This document shows positions 31,621 through 42,670 of a DNA stretch of 64,000 nt, piece after piece. Below the pieces are notes generated by a model, which searched no databases, had not been told where the DNA came from, and saw only the letters and a program-made list of their open reading frames with translations. A program made the translations under genes and the position numbers. The DNA is taken from the IMG/VR virus record IMGVR_UViG_3300045125_000127; one strand, written 5' to 3'. The first letter of the stretch is position 1. Each line of letters opens with the position of its first letter. The stretch comes from a virus.

Positions 31621-32080
31621 ATGCTGGAAAAAGTCATTAGTGGAGGCCAAACAGGGGCCGATCAAGCTGGGGTGAGAGCCGCCAAAGAGTGCGGGATTCC
31701 AACCGGCGGGTGGTTGCCACAAAGGGTGTTTGACCCAAGACGGACCCCGCCCCGAAATGTTGGAAGTTTATGGCATGAAAGAACACAGTGGCGGCTATGC
31801 CGCACGAACGGAGGCCAACGTAAAGGACTCCGACGGTACAATACGGTTGGCGAAAAACTTCAAGTCGGCGGGCGAAAAGTGTACTCTGCGTGCCATAAAA
31901 AAATGGTTCCGCAGGCCACACTTTGACGTGGACGCCAGCAATCCCGGACCATTCGGAAGTTGTAAACTGGATTGTTGACAACAACATCAAAACGTTGAAC
32001 ATCGCCGGTAACACCGAGGAAACTGCCTCTGGAATCGGCGACTTTGTTTACGAGTTTCGTGAAAGTTTTCACCAATGTCA
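31621..32080 (+). CDS. putative molybdenum carrier (SLOG superfamily) protein (frameshifted)
   Basis: MLEKVISGGQTGADQAG..AAK..GIPTGGW, YAARTEANVKDSDGT, TLNIAGN. Confidence 0.85.
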
Positions 32081-32488
32081 AAGAGCGTTGTGGAAAAAAG
32101 GCCGAACAAAACGACGCCTGATTATTTCGTCCGGTTCGTGGTTGGTGGAAGGGCGGAAGACCCTTTGGAACTGGACGGGGTTTTTACGGTAGCCGAGTTG
32201 ATGCGTAAACAGAAACGTTTTGGCATTCGGAAGAAGAGGTCATCAAAGAAAATATTCCTCTGGTACAACGAAAATATTCTTTGCCCGCCGTTCAAAGAGA
32301 ACAAGAAGAAGTGGGGCAAGGACGCATTGTCTTGGTGGAAGATTACGGCACGCAAGCCCATCAATATGCTCGCCCCGCTGATCTGCATTTTGCGAAGGCA
32401 ACGTGTTGTGCGAACCATATACTCTCGTTCGCCGGGCAATATCGTGTACGAAGACGAGTACCAAGTTGTGGCCCAAGTGCGGAAATGA
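32075..32488 (+). CDS. hypothetical protein
   Basis: Clean 137-aa ORF. Confidence 0.55.
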   Translation: MSKSVVEKRPNKTTPDYFVRFVVGGRAEDPLELDGVFTVAELMRKQKRFGIRKKRSSKKIFLWYNENILCPPFKENKKKWGKDALSWWKITARKPINMLAPLICILRRQRVVRTIYSRSPGNIVYEDEYQVVAQVRK

Positions 32489-33189
32489 AAATGGCAAAAT
32501 ATAGTGTCACAATTCCGCCGCCCTCTGCTAAAAGAATGGCGAAATTGCAAGCTGATCCTCCGAAAGACTCATGGCTGGGAAGGGGATACAGTTGTCACAC
32601 ACCAGTTGCAAGAAGGGGTCAACTCTTTTGAGTTCGACGTGCCCGACGAGTACGAATGGATTCACTCCACGAGCATCACAGACGGGTTGAGTTTCGCCGT
32701 CAGTTGTGAGTACACCAACTCGACCGAAGCCGCAAAGAAACTCGCCAGCTAGTGCCACAAAAGCTATGAAGAAGAAGAACAAGCCGACCGAAGAAACGGT
32801 CGCACCGTCAGCGCCCGAAACAATCCGATTCCGGTATTGTCGTCAGGCCAAATGCCCAACAAATAGACGCCGCTTCCGCTGACATTGTGGCAAAATTGGC
32901 TGCTCTCGGAGGATCACCAGCAGAAGTGGCGGCTGTATTGGCGGCAGCAGAAATTGTGGGAGAGCGTAACGACGATCACTGTTGCCCGGTTGCCAATTAC
33001 ATTAAAAAGAATGCGAAATTGCCACGGCATTCGTACATATCGGTGCAGGCCAGCGTCGTTAACTTGCTGGAACATATGGCCGGTGATCCATTATGTTCGG
33101 TTCCGATCCCCAAAGGCGTTCAAAAGTTCATTGAAGCTTGGGACGGCGGCAAGTACAAAAGTTGGCCGACGTAAATTAAGGAGTGAATA

Positions 33190-33501
33190 ATGAAGAAATT
33201 CATCGTATTGTCGCTGTTGGCTTTGGGTATCATTGTTGCCGACGCCAGTGCTTGCGGCGGTCGTCTGTTTGGTCGCTGGCGTAACCGTGGCGGCAGTTGT
33301 GATTCTGGTGCTTACTATCCGCAACAGTGCGGCCCCCAGATGATTGTCGAAGACAACACAGTTGGAGCGCCGACGGTAACTGCCCCGACTCCGGCCAACA
33401 ACACGCCAGCGGTTCCTAAAGTTATTGATCCGGTTGTGATCCCGACCCCGGCCAAGCCGTTCACGAAGCCAGCCCCTTCGTCCAAAGCTTTGCCGAAGTA
33501 A
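33190..33501 (+). CDS. secreted P-rich protein resembling planctomycete small exported proteins
   Basis: Signal MKKFIVLSLLALGIIVADASA then CGGRLFGRWR; RBS AAGGAG. Confidence 0.6.
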   Translation: MKKFIVLSLLALGIIVADASACGGRLFGRWRNRGGSCDSGAYYPQQCGPQMIVEDNTVGAPTVTAPTPANNTPAVPKVIDPVVIPTPAKPFTKPAPSSKALPK

Positions 33502-33514
33502 TTCGGAGTTTGAG

Positions 33515-34933
33515 ATGATTCGCACACGTTTCGCCCCCTCCCCTACGGGATATCTCCACATTGGGGGCGTTCGTACCGCCTTGTACAATTGGCTCTACGC
33601 CAAGAAGCACGGCGGTCAGTTTGTTCTTCGCATTGACGACACCGACAATCAAGAAATATGGACGAAGCCCTCCAACCGATATTGGATGGCTTTCGGTGGT
33701 TGGGCATGTATTGGGACGAGGGTCCAGAGGTCAACGGCCCCCATGCACCGTATTTCCAATCTCAGCGAAAAAGACCGTTACACGCAAATTGCCGACAAGC
33801 TGGTTCACGGCGGTCAGGCTTATCGTGGCGTGATGGAGAAGCTGTCCGAGGGTGCCAGCATTTACAAAGACGATGGCGGTGCCATTCGTCTGTTCATGGG
33901 TCGTGAGGGCAAGATCGGTTTTGACGATGCCGTGCGTGGCCGCATCGAGTGGAACCGGCGTGAAATTAAAGACCCCGTAATCGTCCGCAGTGACGGCACG
34001 GCCCTGTACAACCTTGCGACGGTCGTTGACGACCACGACATGCAAATCTCGCGTTTTTCGTGCAGAGGAACATCTGTCGAATACGCCCATTCAGTTGAGA
34101 ATATACGAGGCGTTGGAGTGGGCACCGCCGGTGTTCGGGCACCTGCCGTTCGTGTGCGCACCCGGCAGCAAAAAGAAACTCAGCAAGCGTGACATGGAGC
34201 GGTTCTTGACGCCGGACATTTTGTCCCGATTGGCCTCACTCGGATATACCGAGGATCAGGCAAAAAGCCGGACTGAACCCGGCTACGCTGGCGTATTATC
34301 AGGCGATGGGCTATTTGCCTGCCGGGGTTTTGAACTATTTGGCCCTGTTGGGCTGGGCCACAAGTGACAACCGAGAGTTGTTTACTTTGTTGGAGCTAAT
34401 TGACGCATTCGACATTAAAAACGTACACATGCAGCCCGCTAGTTTTGATCCCAAAAAATTCATTCACATTAACGCCGAACACATGCAGAAGCGAACCGGG
34501 ACGCTTTTTCCCGGAGTATGCGATAATGTTGCACAACGCCGGGGTGGTGGACACGTTGGCTGAGAAGCCGCTTGCGCCCTTTGCGGAACAAAAACTGAAA
34601 AGGTGGCGGCGGCGTGCGGGAGACCGGCTGAAGGTTTGCTCCGACATCATCCAGTATGGAGCGTTCTTTTACCGTGACCCTCAGTACGACGAGGTCGCTT
34701 TCAAAAAGCGTTTGGGCGACGACAATATCAGGAAAATGGTCTTGCAGTTCGTGACAGAACTTGGTGATATTCACGAGCCGCAAGATTTCGACAAAGCGTT
34801 TCACGATTTCTGTGAGACTAAAGGGCTGAAACCGGGAGACATGGTACATGCCGTCCGCATTGCCATCACGGGTCAGCCCATCACGGCCCCGGTTTGTTTG
34901 ATTGCATGGCTATTCTCGGTGTTCAGGAAATGA
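33515..34933 (+). CDS. gltX: glutamyl-tRNA synthetase (frameshifted)
   Basis: [59 protein letters not shown]. Confidence 0.95.
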
Positions 34934-35871
34934 GACGGCGTGTCGATCTGGCGATGTCGGTGGATTTCTCGGCGAGATTGATTTGCCTTTACAACCACGA
35001 TCAGCTATTATGCGAGGTGTCCTGATGTTACACAAACGGAGACGGAAGATGACTGGAACGACGACCGAAGCTTCTGCTTGCACTCTTGGCAATGGTTGCA
35101 ACCAATCTGGTTGCAGCAACAAGTCCAACCTGAGTGCGTGTTCGGGAACCCCGACGGAAGTGTGCAGAACAGAGCGTCCGAGAGTTGGCCTATCAGAAGT
35201 GGGGAAGAGGCCGGGCGACCTGAAGGCGACGGGGGTCCAATTTTGGTTGGACGCCGAAAAAGAACTGACCGCTGACGAGTGAACCTCTGGTTGGGGGATC
35301 GGGGAGCGAAGCCTTGGTGTTTTGCACCAAGGCTTCGTTTTTACTTTACCACCTTCTCGAAACGGGGTACTGTCTCGAAAAGGAGGTTCACATGAGTGCG
35401 GCTGCAATCTTTCCGTCCGACGTGGGTCGTTGGCACGTTGCTTCTAAAATGGCCGAAGAGGGTCGTTATGACGATTTGAGGGAAAAGTACAGGTCAAGAA
35501 TTTGTTGGCGTTCTTACCGTTTTTTCGCTTCGCAGGTTTCACAACGACAAACCCGGCCAGTGGCCCCGCCGTCAAATTTGATTCCCAAGGTAAATTCGGT
35601 TCTGATGTCGAACGAGAACCACTCTGGTATCAGGAACAGTTCGGACATTGAGCGGTATCACGGGTTGATCCGCAAACTTGAAGACGACATGAGCGATGCC
35701 TACTTCACTTGTCCGAATGAATTACGGACCAGACCTGACAGGGCTGGCTCTCGTGGCACTCTTGCGCCGTTCCTATCAAGAGCGGAACGAGATGGACGAG
35801 ATGGAGTTACAGTGGAAAGTTAATGAGGCTTTGGGCAATGCGAAATTGATGAACTGGTAGTAAATAGGGCG

Positions 35872-36033
35872 ATGAAAAAACAAGACTTTGTGGCGGGGGT
35901 GGACTACTATATTGACGAGAAGGGGGCGGTGGGTTTTCACCAGAACAATTCCTTCTTCGGCGGGGCACCTGTTGCAATAACAGGTGCCGTCATTGTCCGT
36001 ACCGTCCCAAAGACGCCCCAAGAGGGAACATGA
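35872..36033 (+). CDS. DUF5522-like small Cys-rich protein
   Basis: DYYIDEKGRWVFTEQFLLRRGTCCNNRCRHCPY; GTAAATA upstream. Confidence 0.7.
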   Translation: MKKQDFVAGVDYYIDEKGAVGFHQNNSFFGGAPVAITGAVIVRTVPKTPQEGT

Positions 36034-36420
36034 TAAAAAGTGAAGAGTTTCGTCTTTATTGTCGCTTGCTCGCAAACCTGCACCGGGAGATGCGAAGCGG
36101 GCAAGAAGATAAAGCGGAAATCACTCGTACCCAGATGGACGAGCCTCACAAGGCCATGACGGTAGACGAGTGTCGAATTGCCAATCGTCTGTCGGCAAAA
36201 TTGTGGGCAATACAGGTTGCTGAAATTGATTCAGTTGTCGATCAATACTTGGCTGCGGACCATACATAGTGTGTCCAGCCAAGGAGTGTCATGCGACAAG
36301 AAGACGACGATTGGGTTCTTTGGGGGCTGTACCTGTTGCTGATGTGCGTCATAGGCGTATTTACGATGTTCGCCCTTTTTCACCTTCCTCAAGTTGCCTC
36401 TAATGCTTCGCTAAGGGACC

Positions 36421-36900
36421 ATGAATAAGAGGATATTTACCTTTACCGAATGGATGGCCCTTCACGAATCAAGTGCGAGCCGTCCCGCAGCCAAAACCGG
36501 CCTGTATCCTATGGGCTACGGCGGCATTGGCCTGTATCCTCTCTCGCACTGGCTCCCCGCCGCCGCAGACGCAGTCCTTTACGTCACAATAGACGACCGG
36601 TTGTTCGACAACGGAGTAAGTGCGCCTTGGTCTATCGAGCATATACCTGGGCCTGATCCGCACCCCAATCCTAACACTGGAACGGGCGGTCTGTTTTCAA
36701 TTGACCACATACCGGGTCCGAAACCCTACAAAGACTTCAACAAGGCCGGAGAGGGCGCACCCCTTCTCCATCAAGCACCTCTAAGAGAGAAAATCGTGAA
36801 GCCGATTTCGCATTACTGTCGTCACCCGGACGCAGATTGGGTTCTATTGCCGGACGACATGAGTTTTCCCCCGCCCGGCCAGGAAGAATACACCTGTGCC
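36421..36900 (+). CDS. putative internal head protein
   Basis: MNKRIFTFTEWMALHE start; KTGLYPMGYGGIGLYP. Confidence 0.5.
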
Positions 36901-37227
36901 TATTTCAACCAGAGTGAAGGCATCCAAATGATTGCCAGCATTCGGGACACGGGAGCCTTGCGCCCTGATTCACGTTTCTATCGGTCAGATCAATTTTTTC
37001 CGACCCGACCTGACCGAATCGGAACTCTACGAGTACACCTTGGATCAAGCCCCTGATATACTGGATTTGTTCTTCCCCGGACGTGGTTTCGCTCGACAGC
37101 CCGACGATCCCCGCAAGCCGACGTTGCATCATTACTTCTCGATTATTGAGGAGGGGCGACAAATGAATGGCCCGACTAAAGAACAACTTCGCTGGACTTA
37201 CATCTACGAAGAACTGACCAAGCCCTA

Positions 37228-38911
37228 CAGGGGAACAATCGGTTCTACGTCACTACCGCTATTGATTACCCGAACGCCATGCCGCACATCGGCACTGGCG
37301 TTCGAGAAGATCGGTGCGGACATTCAGGCCCGGTTCCGCCGGTTCTGTGGTCAGGACGTGTACTTCCTGATGGGGAACGACGAGAACACCGTAAAGGTGC
37401 TTCAGGTTGTGACCAAACAGGTCGCACCGGTTAGCGGTTTTGACGGCCCTCTTTCTTTGGGCGAATGGGTTGCCACGCCCACCGACGGATTTTCGGCGGG
37501 ATACGAGCCTCAGAAAAGGCCACGACGAAGCAATACGTCGATAAGATGGCTAACGAGTTCAAGTTGGTTTGGCGTGAACTCGGAATTTCCAACAACGATT
37601 TCATCCAGACGAGCGAAGATCGCCACCGCATCGGAGTGCAGAAGTTCATTCAAACCGTTTACGACGGCGGCTTCATTTACAAGAAGCCCTACAAGGGGCT
37701 GTACTGTACCGGCTGTGAAGAGTTCAAATTGGAAAAGAATCTGGCGGGCGGCAAGTGTCCGAACCACCCGCACCTCGATGTCGTGACACACGAGGAAGAG
37801 AACTACTGGTTCAAACTGTCCGAATTCAAGCAGTGGGTTCTCGATCTGTACGTTCCGGCATTCGACAGCGCCCACATCGAGATTCTGCCGGAGTGCCGGA
37901 AGAACGAGATGGAACAGTTCGTGAAGGCCGAACTGGAAGACATTTCCATCAGCCGACGCAACGAGGGCTGGGGCATTCCCATTCCTTGGGACAATTCGCA
38001 GGTGGTTTATGTTTGGTTCGACGCCCTGTTGAACTACATGACGGCCGTCGGGTTCGGAACCGACGACGAGAAGTTTCACAAGTGGTGGCCCGCCGATGTC
38101 CACGTCATTGGCAAGGACATTACACGGTTCCACTGCGCCCTGTGGCCCGCAATGATTCATGCTTACAACAAGACCGCCGAGAAGAAGATCGCTTGTCCTT
38201 CTCAGGTGTTTGCCCACGGTTTCATTTATCAAAAGAAGGGCGACGAGTTGGTGAAGGAGTCCAAATCCAATGCCGGGATCAGGCCGATGGATTTGGTTCA
38301 CCTGTTCGGCGGTGACGCCGTTCGTTACTACTTCATGAGCAAATGTCCGTTCGGCGGGGACGGCGAGTACAGCCTTCGACACTTCCAAGAAGTGTACAAC
38401 GCTGATTTGGCAAACAATCTCGGCAACCTCGTCAGCCGTGTCGTGAATATGTCCAAGCAATATTTCGACGGCCGGTTCCCCGAAGGATCGGAAGGGGTCC
38501 AGTGGTATTCCGAAAGGGGATGTCAAGAAATGGGTCGGGCACACTTTTGAGTTTGAGTATCGAGACGCTTTGGAGGTTGTGTGGGCCACCCTGCGGCGGG
38601 CGAACGAGTACATCGAAAGTGAAAAGCCTTGGGCTTTGGCTAAGGCGCAAAAATATCCGCTGGTCGGCCACGTCCTTCGCAATCTGGCGGCATGTCTCAG
38701 GATGACGGCGATAATGTTGCAGCCGTACATGCCCGAAACCGCCGAGAAGATTTATAAGGCGTTTGATTTTCCGCAAGCGTTGGGGCACTGGTCGCTGGAC
38801 TCTTTGCTGGCTCTGGGCCGCAACAATTATGCAACTTTGGACGGCGAATTCAAACTTCGGGAGTTTGAGGGTAAATATCCACCCCTCTTCCCCCGCAAGG
38901 AACACAGTTGA
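37228..38911 (+). CDS. metG: methionyl-tRNA synthetase (frameshifted)
   Basis: FYVTTAIDYPN..PHIGT, GNDEN, FIQTSE, YCTGCEEF, YVWFDALLNY, GKDITRFH, KESKS, DLANNLGNLVSR. Confidence 0.95.
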
Positions 38912-39141
38912 AATTCTTCGTCGGTGATAAAGTTAAGGTTTTTGCGACCGAGAAGGACGGCACTTACCGACACCTCTATGACGGCCTCGTTGTTGAAGCC
39001 AACGACGACGAGGCCCGTGTTCAGATTCGAGAAGGCACCTACGGATTTTGGTTTTCTCAAGCCGATGGCAATAAGGTAGGAGTCTATAATGGACGATTCA
39101 TCTCCAAAAGCTTCAAGTGGCGAAGCATTGACGACGAATGA
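38908..39141 (+). CDS. small SH3-like protein ending KWRSIDDE*
   Basis: FFVGDKVKV...GLVVE...ARV; tag at C-terminus. Confidence 0.65.
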   Translation: MKFFVGDKVKVFATEKDGTYRHLYDGLVVEANDDEARVQIREGTYGFWFSQADGNKVGVYNGRFISKSFKWRSIDDE

Positions 39142-39349
39142 CTTGCCGATTTGGTTGCCGAAACCGGCCGACAAGCCTGTAACCATTCGTCTGCTTCCGC
39201 CCACCAAACCAATTACTCCTTATCAGTTCACACGAGTTCATCACGTTGCGGCGGTGTGCCCGTGCCCGATTTGCGATGCGAAGAGAGCGGCGGGCGTCGA
39301 AGAACCGAAAGTAAAACAAAAGAAGTGGAGAAGTATTGACGATGAGTAA
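39128..39349 (+). CDS. gp32-like SSB fragment minigene ending KKWRSIDDE*
   Basis: IWLPK..KPVTIRLLPP...HH...CPCPIC resembles the T4 gp32 W..IRFLP..H..CPVC block. Confidence 0.55.
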   Translation: MTTNDLPIWLPKPADKPVTIRLLPPTKPITPYQFTRVHHVAAVCPCPICDAKRAAGVEEPKVKQKKWRSIDDE

Positions 39350-40219
39350 TCTCAAGAAAATCTTGTTCGTGACTCATCACTATGCCGGTGACGTTCCTCA
39401 CAACAAACAGTACCATTCGGCCAGAGTCGAAATGCGGGATCGCCGCATCGCCTCTTTGACCGAGTGTATAACTTCCATTCATAGGACTTTTGGCGGGTTC
39501 CGTTTCGAGACGACGTACAAACAAGACCAACCCATTCTCGGCCAAGTCGAATCACGGTTTTGGCCCGAAGTTATAGTTTGCGTACACAAGGACAACCACG
39601 TTCTGAACGATTTGCGGATTCCCAACTATCTGTATCAGGTCGCCTCCACCGACCAGCACATGAACCCGCTGCATTTGGGCTTCGTTGCCCAGAAAGTTTT
39701 GGCCCAGAAGGTGAAAGAGGGGAAACACGACTTTTACTGCCACATTGAAGACGATTTGGTGTTTTCGGACCCGACCTTTTTTGATAAGCTTCATTGGTTC
39801 AACGAGTGCAATCGGCCACCGTTCTGTGACTACGAGCCGCTGCTGGTTCCGAACCGGTTCGAGACGGACGGCCATAAAAAGTGTTTCGTTGACGGTCACG
39901 CTGGCGACATCACCCGTGGCTTTCAGCAACGTGGCCCGAAGGCTTTCCGTATGCCCGTGATGGACTATGTGAATTTCGTTAAGCCCGACAACGTTTATTC
40001 CGGGTGTTATTTCTTGAACCAGAGGCAAGCCGACAAGTTGACGACCGACGGCTTCTACGACAAGCCCCGGCCGGATTACAGGTGGATCGGGCCGCTCGAA
40101 AGCCTACAATGACTCTGGCCCTGTTGCAGACTTTTACAATTTACAAACCTGAGTTGAATTCCGGTTTCTTGGAAGTTCAACACTACGGCAACCGCTACGC
40201 AGGAGAGATTAAGGGATGA
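39342..40219 (+). CDS. glycosyltransferase-like conserved hypothetical protein
   Basis: LHLGFVAQKVL...FYCHIEDDLVFSDPTFFDKLHWF...PNRFE. Confidence 0.5.
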
Positions 40220-41099
40220 ACGATCTGGCTCTGAAAAATCAACCCGGACCCACAGTTGGTTTATGACTACAACGACTGTCTCACTCGTGGCGTGTGCCTT
40301 CAGTGTAGCAAGAAACTGGAATGGCACTTGGATGTTGGCCCGAACGACGACAGGTTTTGTTACGCCGTGTGCTGTACCACACGGTACTCTATGATCCCAG
40401 ACAAAGTTCGTGTTATTGGCACATTCGCTTATCCACTTTCCCAAAAAGAAATGGACGAAGACGAAGCCGAACTGGTTGACGATGATTTCATCAAACAACT
40501 CCGGGAGTTATGATGTACTTGTACGCCACAAATGTATGGCAACAACCAATTGATGCCCGACGATGAGTCGGATGAAGCGTGGGCAGAGTGGGGAAAAATT
40601 GAGAAAGAATGGGAAGACGCCCTCGAAAAGTACGAGGCCCGGCTGAAAGAAATTGACGACAAACTGCCAGATTCCCGTGAAGAAGTTCATGGAGAAGTGC
40701 CATCTTCACGACGCAACTGTTCCCGACGAAAACTGGAATTTCAACATCGGTTTCACCGGACCTCGCACGCTACAATTGGTCATTCACCAGAAAGATTGGG
40801 GGCCGGAATATTTTGTATTTTGCGGTACAAGATCGCTCATCCGGGCCATGTGACTACATTGCTCGGAGGCATGTTTCCGGCGTCGAACAGAAAGTGCATA
40901 AGGGTCCGGGGTTCGGATCAGCAGTCAAAACTACTGGTTGTATGATGAGTGGGATCATGTTGGCGAGTGTCACGGCACGAACGTTTTCCGTCACTCGTTT
41001 TACATGACGAACGGCGTGGAATTCGACATCCATTTTACGGATTTCAGTTTCGTTTACATTCCTGTCGGAGAAGGCTTGGTCGAAGAATAAGGAAATGAT

Positions 41100-41276
41100 A
41101 TGGAAAACAAGTTTAAGCGGATAACCATACCTCTTGTAAGGCGGATATATCCTTCACTGATCGCCGAAAAAATCGTCTCGGTGCAACGAATGAAGCGGCC
41201 GGACGATGACACACGGAAGAAGATTGTTCGTCCCAAGAGGTATCGCAGTATTGATGATCCGTGGGAGAATGCCTAA
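41100..41276 (+). CDS. major-capsid (gp23-like) fragment minigene 1 with RYRSIDDPW tag
   Basis: In-frame 58 aa: MENKFKRITIPLVRRIYPSLIAEKIVSVQRMK...RPKRYRSIDDPWENA*. Confidence 0.8.
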   Translation: MENKFKRITIPLVRRIYPSLIAEKIVSVQRMKRPDDDTRKKIVRPKRYRSIDDPWENA

Positions 41277-41548
41277 TGGATACCTCCCAAAACCCGTGCA
41301 ACGAAATTCCTCTGAATCCGGGCGGGTTCAACAAGATTTCGATCCCCTTGAGCGCCGCATTTACCCGCAGTTGATCGCCAATAATATCGTATCGGTTCAG
41401 CCGCTACTCGGCCCGACCGGGTTGATTTACTATTTGCGTCATCGGTACTCCCAAACTAAAGGGCAAAGAGGTTCAAGACGAACCCCGCAAGAAAGTCATT
41501 AAGCCGAAGAAGTATCGCAGCATTGACGAGCCGTTCGAGGCTTCTTGA
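41276..41548 (+). CDS. major-capsid (gp23-like) fragment minigene 2 with KYRSIDEPF tag (frameshifted)
   Basis: FNKISIPL(V)RRIYPQLIANNIVSVQPLLGPTGLIYYLRHRYS...KPKKYRSIDEPFEAS*. Confidence 0.75.
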
Positions 41549-42406
41549 GAAGAAAGCAGTTTACAACACCCCGTCCTGCGAAGTAGGATGGGGTGTTGTG
41601 TTTGTGGAGGAAAAAATGAGAGAAGTGAAACAGGCAATCGTCTGGCGTGGCGATCTGAAGGAAATGCCTCTTGGCAAGAAACAGGGTCAGGCTGCGCTGG
41701 CTCTACCTGTTCCTGACAGAGAAGATGAAGCCTGACATCGTGCCGTGTGAAATCGGGCCGGATGATTATCGTGCGTACCCGGAAACGCAAACTGTTAACG
41801 TGGCTATCGACGCCGCAGAAGCGGCATGGATTGTGGGAAACTACAAAAGGCGGTCCTTCTGGCTCGCACGGAAGAGGATATTCAGACCCTTTTCAAGCCG
41901 CACGCAAAGCCGGTTTGCGTGCTTATATTGTCACGGACTTGGGGCACACCGTTTTCAACGGCGAGCCTACGGTAACGATGCATGGCGATTGGTCCCAATT
42001 ACGCCGACGAAATCGACAAGATCACCGGGGCAGAAGGTCCGCTCGGCAAATTGAGGCTCGTGTAACATGGGCGTTAGGCAAAACTTGGCAACTTAATTTT
42101 TTTGAGTCTTACGGCCCGACAAGTTGGTTGCATTGCCTGCAAACAAAGTAATTCCAGAACCAGAAGACAAGTGCGTTTTTCTGGTTAGCGATATGGTCCC
42201 TCGAGAAGGACCGTCGGCCAAACCGACGCACCCTTGTTGTTGGCCTCGTTGCCAGAAAGAGGTCGTTTCCTGACACGAGGCCAATGTCAGGGGTGCGGCG
42301 TTCCGAGGCCGCTTTTTGTTTGTTGAAAATGACTCGGCCACAACAACATGGATAGATGTTGGAGTGCGCAAGAAAAAGATAATGGCAGTCTGCAAGTTGA
42401 TTCCGA

Positions 42407-42622
42407 TTGCTCTTTGCCCTGACTGTCAAGATAAATACGGCCCTCGCAAAAACGGCGGCGGGGTTTGGCATTTCCCGCTTGGCACGATCCGCCCTACCCG
42501 AAAAAGGTACTTTTGACCGAAAGATGACATCGAAATCTTTGAAAAAATGCTGGCGGTTGGCCGGACTGGAGAAGACTCGAACAAAGATGCCAAACTTCCG
42601 CCGAAGCATAGACGACAACTGA
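42407..42622 (+). CDS. hypothetical protein ending FRRSIDDN*
   Basis: Tag variant at C-terminus; 5' end uncertain. Confidence 0.4.
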   Translation: MLFALTVKINTALAKTAAGFGISRLARSALPEKGTFDRKMTSKSLKKCWRLAGLEKTRTKMPNFRRSIDDN

Positions 42623-42670
42623 ATTTCGGTGTAAAATATTGAGGTGTAACTAGAATAGATAGGCGAAACA

